Shown here: piece after piece, positions 20,171-29,378 of the stretch
Position numbering within the stretch: the stretch's first letter is position 1
Layout: each line of letters opens with the position of its first letter
Program-made: the position numbers and the translations under genes
The notes under the pieces: model-generated
The model's database searches: none
Told to the model about the DNA's origin: nothing
The model's input: the letters and a program-made list of their open reading frames with translations, nothing else
Origin: an uncultured Phycisphaerales bacterium
GTDB taxonomy: Bacteria; Planctomycetota; Phycisphaerae; Tepidisphaerales; Tepidisphaeraceae
Length of the DNA: 64,000 bases
NCBI GenBank assembly: GCA_963758525.1
Contig: CAVWVQ010000003.1
Span: 3,712,001 to 3,776,000 of the forward strand
Reading direction: 5' to 3'

Positions 20171-22786
20171 TCACTTCTTCGTCGCCGGCGGCGGAGCATT
20201 CAGCAGGACCATGTTGCGCACGATTTGGGTGGCGGTTTCGGGAGTGTAGCCGATGATTCCGTCGGTCGGCTGTCCCACCAGGCCGGCGGCGAGGTCTTCC
20301 TTGCTGAGATAGGCGGCGATGCGGCCGTTTTGGGTGATGCCGAAGATTCTGGCGGTGCGAAGATTGCCCAGCGTCGTGTGTGCGAAGGTGCGATATTGGA
20401 TCGATTCAATTTTGGCGTCGGGCAATGTGTAAAGAGGGTCGTCGGGCTGCAGGGGCAGCGACAGGCCCTTGGCCGCGGAATCGGGGAAGAGGTTGCGGAG
20501 CATCAACTCGGCGGAGGTGGAGAATTCGTTGGACCCGCCGCCGGCGTCGACGATGAGCACGCCGCCGCTGGCGACGAACTTGCGCAGCTCGTCGGTCTGG
20601 GCGTCGGTGAGGTTGAACTGCGTGGTGCCGGTGAGATCGGCGATCTTGAATCGAGCCGAGGCGGCAAGTCGTTTTTCGTCCGCGGCGGCGTACTCGGCTT
20701 CGATTTCCTTGACCTTGGCGGCGCACAGCGCCTTGAGCTTGTCCTCATCGCCTTCGGTGGCGGCCATCTCCTGAGGCGTGATTCTCTTGAACGCGAGCTT
20801 GCGGATTTCACCGGCGGAGGGGCGTTTGGGGCCATTCTCGTCGGGGGCGGCGTTGAGTTCACCGCTGCCGAGCTTGATGGTTTTTATTTCGAGGTCGGTG
20901 TGGAAGTCGTTGTGAAGTATAGCCGCCAGCCGCGGCCAGCCGCCCGGCTCGGGGTCCCAGTTGCCGCCATACTGGAGGCGGGCAACGCGGATCGTCCGCT
21001 CGTTCTTGATTTTGGGGTTGGGAAGCACGAGGCAGCTCTGACCCCGCGTCAGCAGGTTTTTCTTATCGACGGCATACAGGAAAATGTTCGCGCCCAGGCC
21101 GAGCGCTTCGGGCCTGGCGCCGGTCGGCGGGCTCTGCCAGACCCGGGGCGGATCGCCGCCGTCCAGGAGAATCATCAGCTCTCGGATGCCATTGGTCAGT
21201 GCCAGCACTTTGAAATGACCTTTGACGATGGGCATCTCCTCGCGAAAGATCGGGCTGTTCGGCTCAAGCTCACGAAATTCGTAGCCGAACAGTTTGGTGC
21301 CGAGCTTCAGAAAGCTGTCGCTGAACGGCTTGCTGTTATAATCGGCGTTTGCGACGATCATCCCGCCGGTATCGATAAATTCCTTGAGCTTCTTTTCATC
21401 GGCATCGCTGAGATTCAGCTCCTGGTCTCCGCCCAGATAGAGAATGGGGGCATCGCGCAGTTCGGCGGCAGGGACTTCAAGCGTAACCAGTTGCCAGTTG
21501 AGATTGGTTTCGATCTGATCGCCGGTCCATTTGGCGAGATTGGCCACGTCGCGCGGACGATTGTTCCAGTCGGCGTCGGCGGATTTGCCTCCTTTCTCAA
21601 ATTCGTAGTGCAGTTTGTTCATCATGACGGGCGCCCGGCCGCGGGAAAGGAAGAGAACCGCGAAACAGGTATCTGTCAGATTGTTGCCAACGCCGCGGAG
21701 CGGCCAGCGGCCATCTTTCTCCTGGGTGGCGACAAAATGCTCCGCGCCTTTTTCAAACCAGTCGGTGGTTCCAAAATACTTGGTGCCGCTGGCGACGCCG
21801 ATGCGTTCGACGCCGTACCACGCGTAGGTGGTTTCGACCTCGTGGAAATGCTTGGTCATCCAGCGCAGCCCGTTTTCGATGTTGGCGTTGAAGATATTGC
21901 CGTGGTGCTCGCCGACGTCGGAAAAGGTTTCGTCCTGGGTGATGAAGAGCGTGGCGATGCCTGCCGCGGTCATGGAGGCGCTGGCGTTGGGCTGGCTGCC
22001 CTTATGCGTTGGCGAGGAATCGTAGGCCCATCCCCCGTCGTTGAACTGCGCCTGCCGCCAGATTTCGTCGAAGGTGTGCCAGTAGCGGGTGTCGACCCTG
22101 CCCCCCGCATCCTCAAGCGCCCAGAGCCCGAGAATGCCGTACTGGCTCACGCTGTGATCCATGCGGTTTCCCTTGCCGCTGCCGTAGTCCCAGAGCCCGC
22201 GGTTGTCGCCGGTGGTGTTCACTCCACCCACAATCCGATCGATGTCACGGTCGATGTACTCTTTCAGCTCGCCCCGGTCTTTGGGATTTCCCGCAAGTAT
22301 ATGCCATACCTGCGCCCGCAGCCCAAGCGAATAGATGCCGATCACATCGGCTTTTTTGAGAAAGCTGATGGCGCTGGCGACCCGTTTGTCCTGAGGCGAT
22401 TCGCCCGCGGCCAGGAGCGCGTAGGTCGCCAGCGACGTGAATCCGCCAAAGGCGTCTCCCTGCGTCTTCTGCCAGTCATGGGCGGTCCCGACGCGGGTTT
22501 CGGAGGTTTCCCAATGCCCGCCGGCTTTTTGCTGAGAGTAAATGTACGCGACCCCTTTTTTAATCGCCTCGTCGATCTGCTCGGGCGTGACGGGCCCTTC
22601 CACCACAGGAGCCGCCTCTTTTGTTGGCGTGGGCTTCTTCGGTTTCTTTTCCGCCGCGCCCGCTGTCGCTGCAATCACGAGGGCGATCACAATAAACGCA
22701 GTCAATCCACACGAACAAACGGCGGCCATGCGAGTGATGCGGGCAGAAACGCTCGGAAAAGGGCGGGAAGGAGCAATGTTCATCAT
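20171..22786 (-). CDS. Secreted prenyltransferase-repeat plus DUF4159 protein (paralogue of 17078-19349; start uncertain)
   Basis: IDEAIKKGVAYIYSQQ, QFNDGGW, QEKDGRW, APILYLGG, GNWDPEPGGW, GGVLIVDAGGG; intact frame. Confidence 0.85.
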   Translation of the reverse strand: MMNIAPSRPFPSVSARITRMAAVCSCGLTAFIVIALVIAATAGAAEKKPKKPTPTKEAAPVVEGPVTPEQIDEAIKKGVAYIYSQQKAGGHWETSETRVGTAHDWQKTQGDAFGGFTSLATYALLAAGESPQDKRVASAISFLKKADVIGIYSLGLRAQVWHILAGNPKDRGELKEYIDRDIDRIVGGVNTTGDNRGLWDYGSGKGNRMDHSVSQYGILGLWALEDAGGRVDTRYWHTFDEIWRQAQFNDGGWAYDSSPTHKGSQPNASASMTAAGIATLFITQDETFSDVGEHHGNIFNANIENGLRWMTKHFHEVETTYAWYGVERIGVASGTKYFGTTDWFEKGAEHFVATQEKDGRWPLRGVGNNLTDTCFAVLFLSRGRAPVMMNKLHYEFEKGGKSADADWNNRPRDVANLAKWTGDQIETNLNWQLVTLEVPAAELRDAPILYLGGDQELNLSDADEKKLKEFIDTGGMIVANADYNSKPFSDSFLKLGTKLFGYEFRELEPNSPIFREEMPIVKGHFKVLALTNGIRELMILLDGGDPPRVWQSPPTGARPEALGLGANIFLYAVDKKNLLTRGQSCLVLPNPKIKNERTIRVARLQYGGNWDPEPGGWPRLAAILHNDFHTDLEIKTIKLGSGELNAAPDENGPKRPSAGEIRKLAFKRITPQEMAATEGDEDKLKALCAAKVKEIEAEYAAADEKRLAASARFKIADLTGTTQFNLTDAQTDELRKFVASGGVLIVDAGGGSNEFSTSAELMLRNLFPDSAAKGLSLPLQPDDPLYTLPDAKIESIQYRTFAHTTLGNLRTARIFGITQNGRIAAYLSKEDLAAGLVGQPTDGIIGYTPETATQIVRNMVLLNAPPPATKK

Positions 22787-22965
22787 GAATCTCTTGCGAT
22801 GGCACTCCACGAGGGTGGTATATCCGAACGACCATGGAATCTTAACTAAACGCTGTCTGTGGCGACAGTTTCAATTTGCTGGACTAGGCGCGGGAACCGC
22901 TTCATCACCTTGCACGGCAAGTCCGAGCGTTTCGCGACGCGGGAGAATCGCTACAGTTTGCCAGC

Positions 22966-23655
22966 ATGACTCAGGAAGCTTCACCCGGGGGGATGGACCG
23001 CCGCCGGCAGATACGCGCGGTCATTTTCGATATGGACGGCCTGATGATCGACAGCGAAAGCGCCTACTGGGATGTGGGAAGGCGGATTGCGCGGTCGTTT
23101 GGGAAAGAGGTGACGGACAAAACGCTGGGAAACATGATGGGGCGCAAGCCGATCGAGTCGATGCAGATTTACGCGAAGGATCTGGGCCTGACCGTGGCTC
23201 CGCAGGAACTGCTGGAGCGGCGGGATACGGAAGTGTTTGCGATGCTCCAGCGGGGCGTGAAGCCAATGCCTGGACTACTGGCCACGCTGGACGCATTTCA
23301 AGGGAAGTACCGGCTGGCCATCGCGACCAGCGCGACGCGGCGGTTCCTGGACGTGGTCATCGGACAACTCGGCATCGCATCCCGATTCGACGCGCTGCAG
23401 ACTTCCGACGACGTGGTCAATGGGAAGCCCTCGCCGGAGATCTATCTCAAGGCCATGGCAAAGCTCGGACTCAGCGGCGACGCCTGCGCGGTGCTGGAGG
23501 ATTCGTCCAACGGCGCCCTGGCTGGAAAACGCGCGGGAGCCTGCACGATTGCCGTGCCCTCGCAATACACAAGCTGGCAGGATTTCAGTTTCGTGGACTA
23601 TGTTGCCAAAGACCTGGAGGATGCGGCGGCACATCTGTCCAGGACCACATCATGA
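22966..23655 (+). CDS. HAD-superfamily phosphatase (beta-PGM-like)
   Basis: FDMDGLMIDSE, IATS, GKPSPEIY, LEDS. Confidence 0.92.
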   Translation: MTQEASPGGMDRRRQIRAVIFDMDGLMIDSESAYWDVGRRIARSFGKEVTDKTLGNMMGRKPIESMQIYAKDLGLTVAPQELLERRDTEVFAMLQRGVKPMPGLLATLDAFQGKYRLAIATSATRRFLDVVIGQLGIASRFDALQTSDDVVNGKPSPEIYLKAMAKLGLSGDACAVLEDSSNGALAGKRAGACTIAVPSQYTSWQDFSFVDYVAKDLEDAAAHLSRTTS

Positions 23656-24110
23656 CCGCGAAGACCAAATCCGCGCCGCGGTTCAGCTCCGAGGAGTTTT
23701 ACAAGCTGATTCGCAGCCAGATCGAGCACGAGGACAATCTGATCGGCACGCGCCTCAACTGGTTCGTCGCTTCGCAATCGTTTCTCTTCTCCGCATATGC
23801 GATCGTCGTGAGCAATCTGACCGGACTCAAGCCCCCGTGGGTCAATGCGCAACAGCGCATTCTTTTCTCCATCATCCCGGTGCTGGCGATTTTCGTCTGT
23901 CTTCTCATTCAGGTCAGTTGCGCGGGAGCAATTCTGGCGATGCGCCGCCTGCGACGCCTGTACGCAATGCATGTTGAGCACGCGCCCGACCACGGGCTTC
24001 CCCCCGTTCAGGGGTACTCGCACAACTATTTCATGGGCCAGGCCAGCCCGCTGCTCCTCCCGCCGGGCTTTCTCGCGGTCTGGTTGATTTTGCTGATTCA
24101 TGGGATGTAG
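23652..24110 (+). CDS. Small integral membrane protein of unknown function
   Basis: ATGA overlap with the HAD gene; HEDNLIGTRLNWFVASQSFLFSAYA followed by TM helices. Confidence 0.7.
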   Translation: MTAKTKSAPRFSSEEFYKLIRSQIEHEDNLIGTRLNWFVASQSFLFSAYAIVVSNLTGLKPPWVNAQQRILFSIIPVLAIFVCLLIQVSCAGAILAMRRLRRLYAMHVEHAPDHGLPPVQGYSHNYFMGQASPLLLPPGFLAVWLILLIHGM

Positions 24111-24247
24111 GTCGGGTGATTGGAACGTGGAACGTGACGGGGAGGATGAAACGCGAAACGTGAAGACGTGACAAGGGGCCTTTTCGCGCTTCACGTTTTC
24201 ACGTTTCATCTCTGTCACGTTCCAATCACCAATCACCAGAACCATTT

Positions 24248-24276
24248 TTGACCTTTCGTTCCAGAACCGCTACACT
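24248..24276 (+). promoter_or_regulatory. Sigma70-type promoter of the TetR-RND operon, probably leaderless
   Basis: TTGACC-N17-TACACT; GTG start 7 nt downstream with no RBS. Confidence 0.6.
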
Positions 24277-24283
24277 GGGGTCT

Positions 24284-24880
24284 GTGGCTCGGCCGAAGGA
24301 ATTTGATACCAACGTGGTGGTGCAGGACGCGATGGAGGCGTTCTGGACGCGCGGTTACGCGGGAACGTCGGTCAATGATCTGTTGGAAGAGACCGGGCTG
24401 AACCGTGGAAGTCTGTATGGAAGCTTCGGGGACAAGCACAGTCTCTTTCTGACAGCGCTGGATCGCTACGATGAGCAGGGGTGGGCGAAGATTCGGGAGA
24501 TTCTCGACCAGCCGGGGCGGGCGCGGGACGTGATTGAGAATTGGATTCGCGCGTCGGCCGATTCGTGCGCGGGCGAAGACGGCCGGCGGGGATGTCTGCT
24601 GTGCAAAGCGGCTATGGAGCTTGTGCCGCATGACGCGGAAGTTGCCGCGTGGATGAAACGGGTGGGGAAGCGCAATGCCCGCTATTTGGCGCGGCTGGTC
24701 GAACGCGGGCAGCGCGAGGGGGACATCGACGCGAATCTCGATGCCCGCACGGTGGCCCGCTTTCTCTGGAATTCCCTGGCGGGACTTCGATTGATGGGGA
24801 CGACCTCGCCAACCCGGCGAGAGGTGCGGGAAGTGATCGATCTGGTGTTGCGGGTGATCAACTGTCAGGGAGAAGCGTGA
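24284..24880 (+). CDS. TetR/AcrR (NemR/ComR-like) regulator
   Basis: ARPKEFD...FWTRGYAGTSVNDL...GLNRGSLYGSFGDK HTH; GCLL motif. Confidence 0.92.
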   Translation: MARPKEFDTNVVVQDAMEAFWTRGYAGTSVNDLLEETGLNRGSLYGSFGDKHSLFLTALDRYDEQGWAKIREILDQPGRARDVIENWIRASADSCAGEDGRRGCLLCKAAMELVPHDAEVAAWMKRVGKRNARYLARLVERGQREGDIDANLDARTVARFLWNSLAGLRLMGTTSPTRREVREVIDLVLRVINCQGEA

Positions 24881-26088
24881 TGCGGAAGTTTCCGCCGATG
24901 CGACATTCATGTGTTGGTCTGCTGTTGCTGGCAGGCGCGGTCGGCTGCAAGCCCTCGGGCGCCGCGCCGGGCGCCGGCGCGCCTCCGGGCGGCGGGCGTC
25001 CGCCGACGCTGGTCGTGGCGGCTGATGTGGTCACGCGGGATGTGCCGGTCTATCTCGACGAGATCGGCACCTGCGTCGCGCGCGAGAGCGTGAGCATCGA
25101 GCCGCAGGTGTCCGGCAGGATCATGGAGATTCAGTTCCAGGACGGTGCGGATCTGAAGAAAGGGGACAAGCTCTTCAAGATTGACTCGCGACCCTATGAA
25201 GCGGCGCTGGCCGGCGCGGAGGCACAATACGACAAGGACCGTGCGCTTGCCGCCAACGCTCGGGCCAACGCGATACGGCAGGAACAGCTCTTCGAAAAGA
25301 AGCTGGTCAGCCCCGCCGACTACGACCTGGCGCGATATACCGCCGACTCGCAGGATGCGTCGGTGAAAATAGACGCGGCGACGGTGGAGACCGCCAAGCT
25401 GAATCTCGAATACTGCTCAATCGTCTCGCCGATCGACGGACGAGCCGGGCAGCGACTGGTGGATATCGGCAATGTGGTGCGCTCCGACAAGGATTCGCCG
25501 TTATTGAGCATTCAGCGCCTCGATCCGGTCTACGTTGATTTCACCGCGACTGAAGCCGAGCTCCCGGAAATTCAGCGCAACATGGCAAGCGGCGCCCTGA
25601 AGGTGACGGTACGCATTCCGCGTGACGGGCCGGCGACCAGCGCGCTGCCCGAATCGACCGATGCGGCGCACGACGGATCACTGACATTCCTCGACAACGC
25701 GGTAGCCAACGGCACCGGCACCATCAAGCTCCGGGCGACCCTGCCGAATTCGGACCACCTCTTTTGGCCCGGCCAATTCGTGCGCGTGCGCCTGATCCTC
25801 ACGACATTAAATAACATGGCCGTCATTCCCGCAGATGCGCTCCAGTTGAGCCAGCAGGGGACGTTTGTGTATGTCATTGGCAGCGATATGACCGTCCAAC
25901 CCCGGCCGGTGAAGGTGGGCCAACGGCAGGGAGCCCTGGGCGAGCAGGTGGCGATCGAATCGGGTTTGAAAGCTGGCGAGAAAATTGTGGTGACCGGGCA
26001 ACTCACGCTCGGGCCGGGCGCGCCGGTGCGGTTCAACAAGCCCGAACCTGCGACACAGCCTGTTGCAGACGCGGGGGGCAAGTCGTGA
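24880..26088 (+). CDS. RND efflux periplasmic adaptor (MdtA-like lipoprotein)
   Basis: Lipobox AVGC; PQVSGRI, IVSPIDGRAG, GTIKLRA, FWPGQFV. Confidence 0.92.
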   Translation: MRKFPPMRHSCVGLLLLAGAVGCKPSGAAPGAGAPPGGGRPPTLVVAADVVTRDVPVYLDEIGTCVARESVSIEPQVSGRIMEIQFQDGADLKKGDKLFKIDSRPYEAALAGAEAQYDKDRALAANARANAIRQEQLFEKKLVSPADYDLARYTADSQDASVKIDAATVETAKLNLEYCSIVSPIDGRAGQRLVDIGNVVRSDKDSPLLSIQRLDPVYVDFTATEAELPEIQRNMASGALKVTVRIPRDGPATSALPESTDAAHDGSLTFLDNAVANGTGTIKLRATLPNSDHLFWPGQFVRVRLILTTLNNMAVIPADALQLSQQGTFVYVIGSDMTVQPRPVKVGQRQGALGEQVAIESGLKAGEKIVVTGQLTLGPGAPVRFNKPEPATQPVADAGGKS

Positions 26089-29000
26089 CGAATCTTTCCG
26101 ATCCCTTCGTTCGTCGCCCGGCGATGACGACGCTGCTGACGGTGTCGGCGATCCTGTTCGGCGTCATCGCGTATCGATCGCTGCCGGTCAACGATCTGCC
26201 GGCGGTCGACTATCCCGTGATCCAGGTGCAGGTGGCGTATCCCGGCGCCAGCCCTGACACGATGGCGAATAATGTCGCCACGCCGTTGGAACGGCAGTTC
26301 ATGCAGATCCCCGGCCTGGACATCGTTACGTCCAAGAGCCAGCAGGGAAATTGCAGCATTACCTTGCAATTCGCGCTGAGCAAGAGTCTCGACGCTGCTG
26401 CGACTGACGTGCAGACGGCCATTTCGCAGGCGAGCGGAAGTTTGCCCGTCGACCTCCCGTCGCCGCCGACGCTCGCAAAGACCAATCCGAACGATCAGCC
26501 GATTCTGTATGTGGCGCTCACCAGCGACACGGTCACCGCCGCAAAGGTGTATGACTACGCGAGCACGCAGGTGGGACAGCGGATCAGTATTCTGCAGGGC
26601 GTCAGCCGCGTGGTGGTCTACGGCACCAAGGGAGCCATCCGCATCAAGGCCAATCCCTCTGCGATGGCGATTCGCGGCATTGCGATCGACGAATTGGCCG
26701 CCGCCATTCAGGCCGGAACGAGCTATCAGGGCGCTGGCCAGTTCGATGGCCCGGACCGAACACTGCTCCTGCAGCCTCACGGCCAGCTCGACACTGCGGA
26801 GCAGTACGACAACCTGGTTGTCGCGTGGCGGAACAATGCTCCGGTGTATCTGAAGGACGTTGCGGAGGCGAAGGACTCCATCCAGGACGAGCGCATCAAC
26901 ATGCGATTCTGGGCGCGCGGGCACACCACGCCGACCGCGACGGTCGTCGTCGCTGTCTTCCGCCAGGCAGGCGCGAACGCCGTCGAAGTTTCCAAAGAGG
27001 CGCGGGAACTGCTTCCCATCGTCCGCAAAGAACTGCCTCAATCCGTTGAGATCACGCCAATCTACGATCGCTCGGTCTCCATCGTGAATTCGGTGCAGGA
27101 TGTGAAGCTGACGCTCATCATCGCCTTCGTGCTGGTGGTGATGGTGATCTATCTGTTCCTCGGGCGAGCCAAGGACACGCTGATTCCGGTGGTGGCGCTG
27201 CCGCTGTCGTTGCTCCTGACGTTCGTCGTCATGTGGGTTCTGGGTTACAGCCTCGACAATCTCTCTTTGATGGCGATGACGCTGGCGATCGGCTTCCTCG
27301 TCGATGACGCCATCGTCTTCCTGGAAAACACTGTGCGCCGGATGGAGCAGTACGGCGAGAGCCCGCTCACGGCGACGTTGCACGGCGCATCGGAAATCAG
27401 CTTCACGATCCTGGCGATGACCATTTCGCTGGCGGCGGTGTTCCTGCCGCTGGTGCTGATGAGCGGCCTGGTCGGACGCATCTTCCGCGAGTTCGCGGTC
27501 TGCATTATCGTCGCGATTTTCGCATCGGGCATTGTCTCGCTGACACTGACGCCCCTGATGTGCTCACGCCTGCTCGATGAACGCAAGAAGGGCCACAAGA
27601 AAACCGTCATCGAGCGCGTGGTTGGCGGCATCGAGCATCGCGTGCTCGACTGGTATGGCCGATCGCTCACGTTCTTCCTGCATCTGCGCGTCCTCTCGCT
27701 TGCCATCTGGCTGATCTGTCTTGCGGGCACGATTCTTCTGCTCGTGCAAATCCCCAAATCGTTCCTTCCCGTCGGCGACAGCGGATTCATCTGGGGCGCG
27801 TTCATCGCTCAGGACAGCTCGTCGCCCCAGCAGATGCGCCAGTATCAGCTTCAGTCGGAGAAAATCCTCCAGACCAATCCGAACGTCGGGATGACGTTCA
27901 CGATGACCGGCAACGGACAGTTCATCAATTCGAATATGGGAATCGTGCTGGCGTTCCTGAAGGATCGCAAGGAGCGCGAGCCGATCCAGGCGGTCGTCGG
28001 AGAGCTCGGCGGCGGTCTGTTTGGCACCGTGCCGGGAATCATTCCATTCCTGCGTCCCTTCCCGGTGTTGGAGATCAGCACGGGCGCGACCAATCAGAAT
28101 CAAGGGCAGTACGCCTACGCCCTTTCCGGCGTGAATCCGCAAGAAGTCTACGACGTTGCGGAAAAGCTCCTGGCAAAGATGCGCACCTATGACGGCTTCG
28201 TTCAGCCGGTCACTTCCGACTACTTCGCCAACACCCCGAACCTCGACGTGGACATCCTTCGCGACAAGGCGGCAACCTACAACGTGTCGGTTGCGAGGAT
28301 CGAAAACCTGCTGCGAAATGCCTATTCGCAGAATTACCTGTATCTGATCAAGAAGCCGACGGACCAGTACCAGGTGATTCTGGAGTGTGCCGACTCGGAC
28401 CGCGCGCTGCCGGAGAACCTGAGCTTGCTCTATGTCCGCTCGGACGATGGAAAAAATCTCGTCCCGCTGAATGCGGTTGTGAAGTGGCATCAGTCTCTTG
28501 GGCTGCAGACGGTCAACCATCTGAACCAGTTCACGGCAGTGACGATTTCGTTCAACCTCAAGCCGGGCGCGTCGATCGGCGAAGCGACCAAATTCATCGA
28601 GAACGCGGCGAAAGAGGTCGTGCCGGTCACCATCCGCGGCAGCCTGCAGGGAGAGGCTCAGACCTTCAGCGAGACGATTAATACCCTCGTCATTCTCATG
28701 ATCCTCGCCGTCTTCGTCATGTACGTGATCCTCGGCATCCTCTACGAGAGCTACGTGCATCCGCTCACGGTGCTTTCATCATTGCCAGTGGCGCTGGTCG
28801 GGGGATTGGCGACGCTGGCGCTCTTCGGGCAGGAGGCCTCCCTCTACGCGTTCGTCGGCATGTTCATGCTGATGGGGATCGTGAAGAAAAACGGAATCAT
28901 GATCGTCGACTTCGCGCTGCAGCGCGTCGCGCGTGGGGACTCGGCCGAGAAGGCGATTCATGACGCGAGCATGGACCGCTTCCGTCCGATCATCATGACC

Positions 29001-29315
29001 ACGCTGGCTGCCTTGATGGGCGCCCTGCCGCTGGCGCTGGGCATTGGCAACGACGCCGATTCGCGCCGGCCGCTGGGATTGGTCATCGTCGGCGGCTTGA
29101 TCGTCTCGCAGTTCATCACGCTGTACATCACGCCGGTGATTTATCTGTGTCTTGAAGACTTCCAGGAGAAGGTGCTCGATCGCACCTCGTTCTTCCGTTC
29201 CACGCGCATCATTCACGGCCACGACGAAACGGTGACTCCAAAGTTCCCCCTTGGCCAGGACGGCAACGGCAACGGCGGCCATGCGGCAGGGACGCCGGAG
29301 CCGGCGATGGGATAG
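26085..29315 (+). CDS. RND efflux permease (MdtB/MdtC-like)
   Basis: 1076 aa; GFLVDDAIV, GIVKKNGIMIVDFA, RFRPIIMTT. Confidence 0.95.
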   Translation: MTNLSDPFVRRPAMTTLLTVSAILFGVIAYRSLPVNDLPAVDYPVIQVQVAYPGASPDTMANNVATPLERQFMQIPGLDIVTSKSQQGNCSITLQFALSKSLDAAATDVQTAISQASGSLPVDLPSPPTLAKTNPNDQPILYVALTSDTVTAAKVYDYASTQVGQRISILQGVSRVVVYGTKGAIRIKANPSAMAIRGIAIDELAAAIQAGTSYQGAGQFDGPDRTLLLQPHGQLDTAEQYDNLVVAWRNNAPVYLKDVAEAKDSIQDERINMRFWARGHTTPTATVVVAVFRQAGANAVEVSKEARELLPIVRKELPQSVEITPIYDRSVSIVNSVQDVKLTLIIAFVLVVMVIYLFLGRAKDTLIPVVALPLSLLLTFVVMWVLGYSLDNLSLMAMTLAIGFLVDDAIVFLENTVRRMEQYGESPLTATLHGASEISFTILAMTISLAAVFLPLVLMSGLVGRIFREFAVCIIVAIFASGIVSLTLTPLMCSRLLDERKKGHKKTVIERVVGGIEHRVLDWYGRSLTFFLHLRVLSLAIWLICLAGTILLLVQIPKSFLPVGDSGFIWGAFIAQDSSSPQQMRQYQLQSEKILQTNPNVGMTFTMTGNGQFINSNMGIVLAFLKDRKEREPIQAVVGELGGGLFGTVPGIIPFLRPFPVLEISTGATNQNQGQYAYALSGVNPQEVYDVAEKLLAKMRTYDGFVQPVTSDYFANTPNLDVDILRDKAATYNVSVARIENLLRNAYSQNYLYLIKKPTDQYQVILECADSDRALPENLSLLYVRSDDGKNLVPLNAVVKWHQSLGLQTVNHLNQFTAVTISFNLKPGASIGEATKFIENAAKEVVPVTIRGSLQGEAQTFSETINTLVILMILAVFVMYVILGILYESYVHPLTVLSSLPVALVGGLATLALFGQEASLYAFVGMFMLMGIVKKNGIMIVDFALQRVARGDSAEKAIHDASMDRFRPIIMTTLAALMGALPLALGIGNDADSRRPLGLVIVGGLIVSQFITLYITPVIYLCLEDFQEKVLDRTSFFRSTRIIHGHDETVTPKFPLGQDGNGNGGHAAGTPEPAMG

Positions 29316-29378
29316 GCTTAAAATCCGAACGACGAAACCCGAAACCAGAATCAAATTTGATTCTGGTTTCTGGTTTCG

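Noticed and set aside
19505..22849. Very long antisense ORFs (1114 aa here; also 11096-13540, 25572-27383 and 43649-45229)
   Set aside because: They are shadows of real genes on the opposite strand in GC-rich DNA and carry no recognisable motifs.
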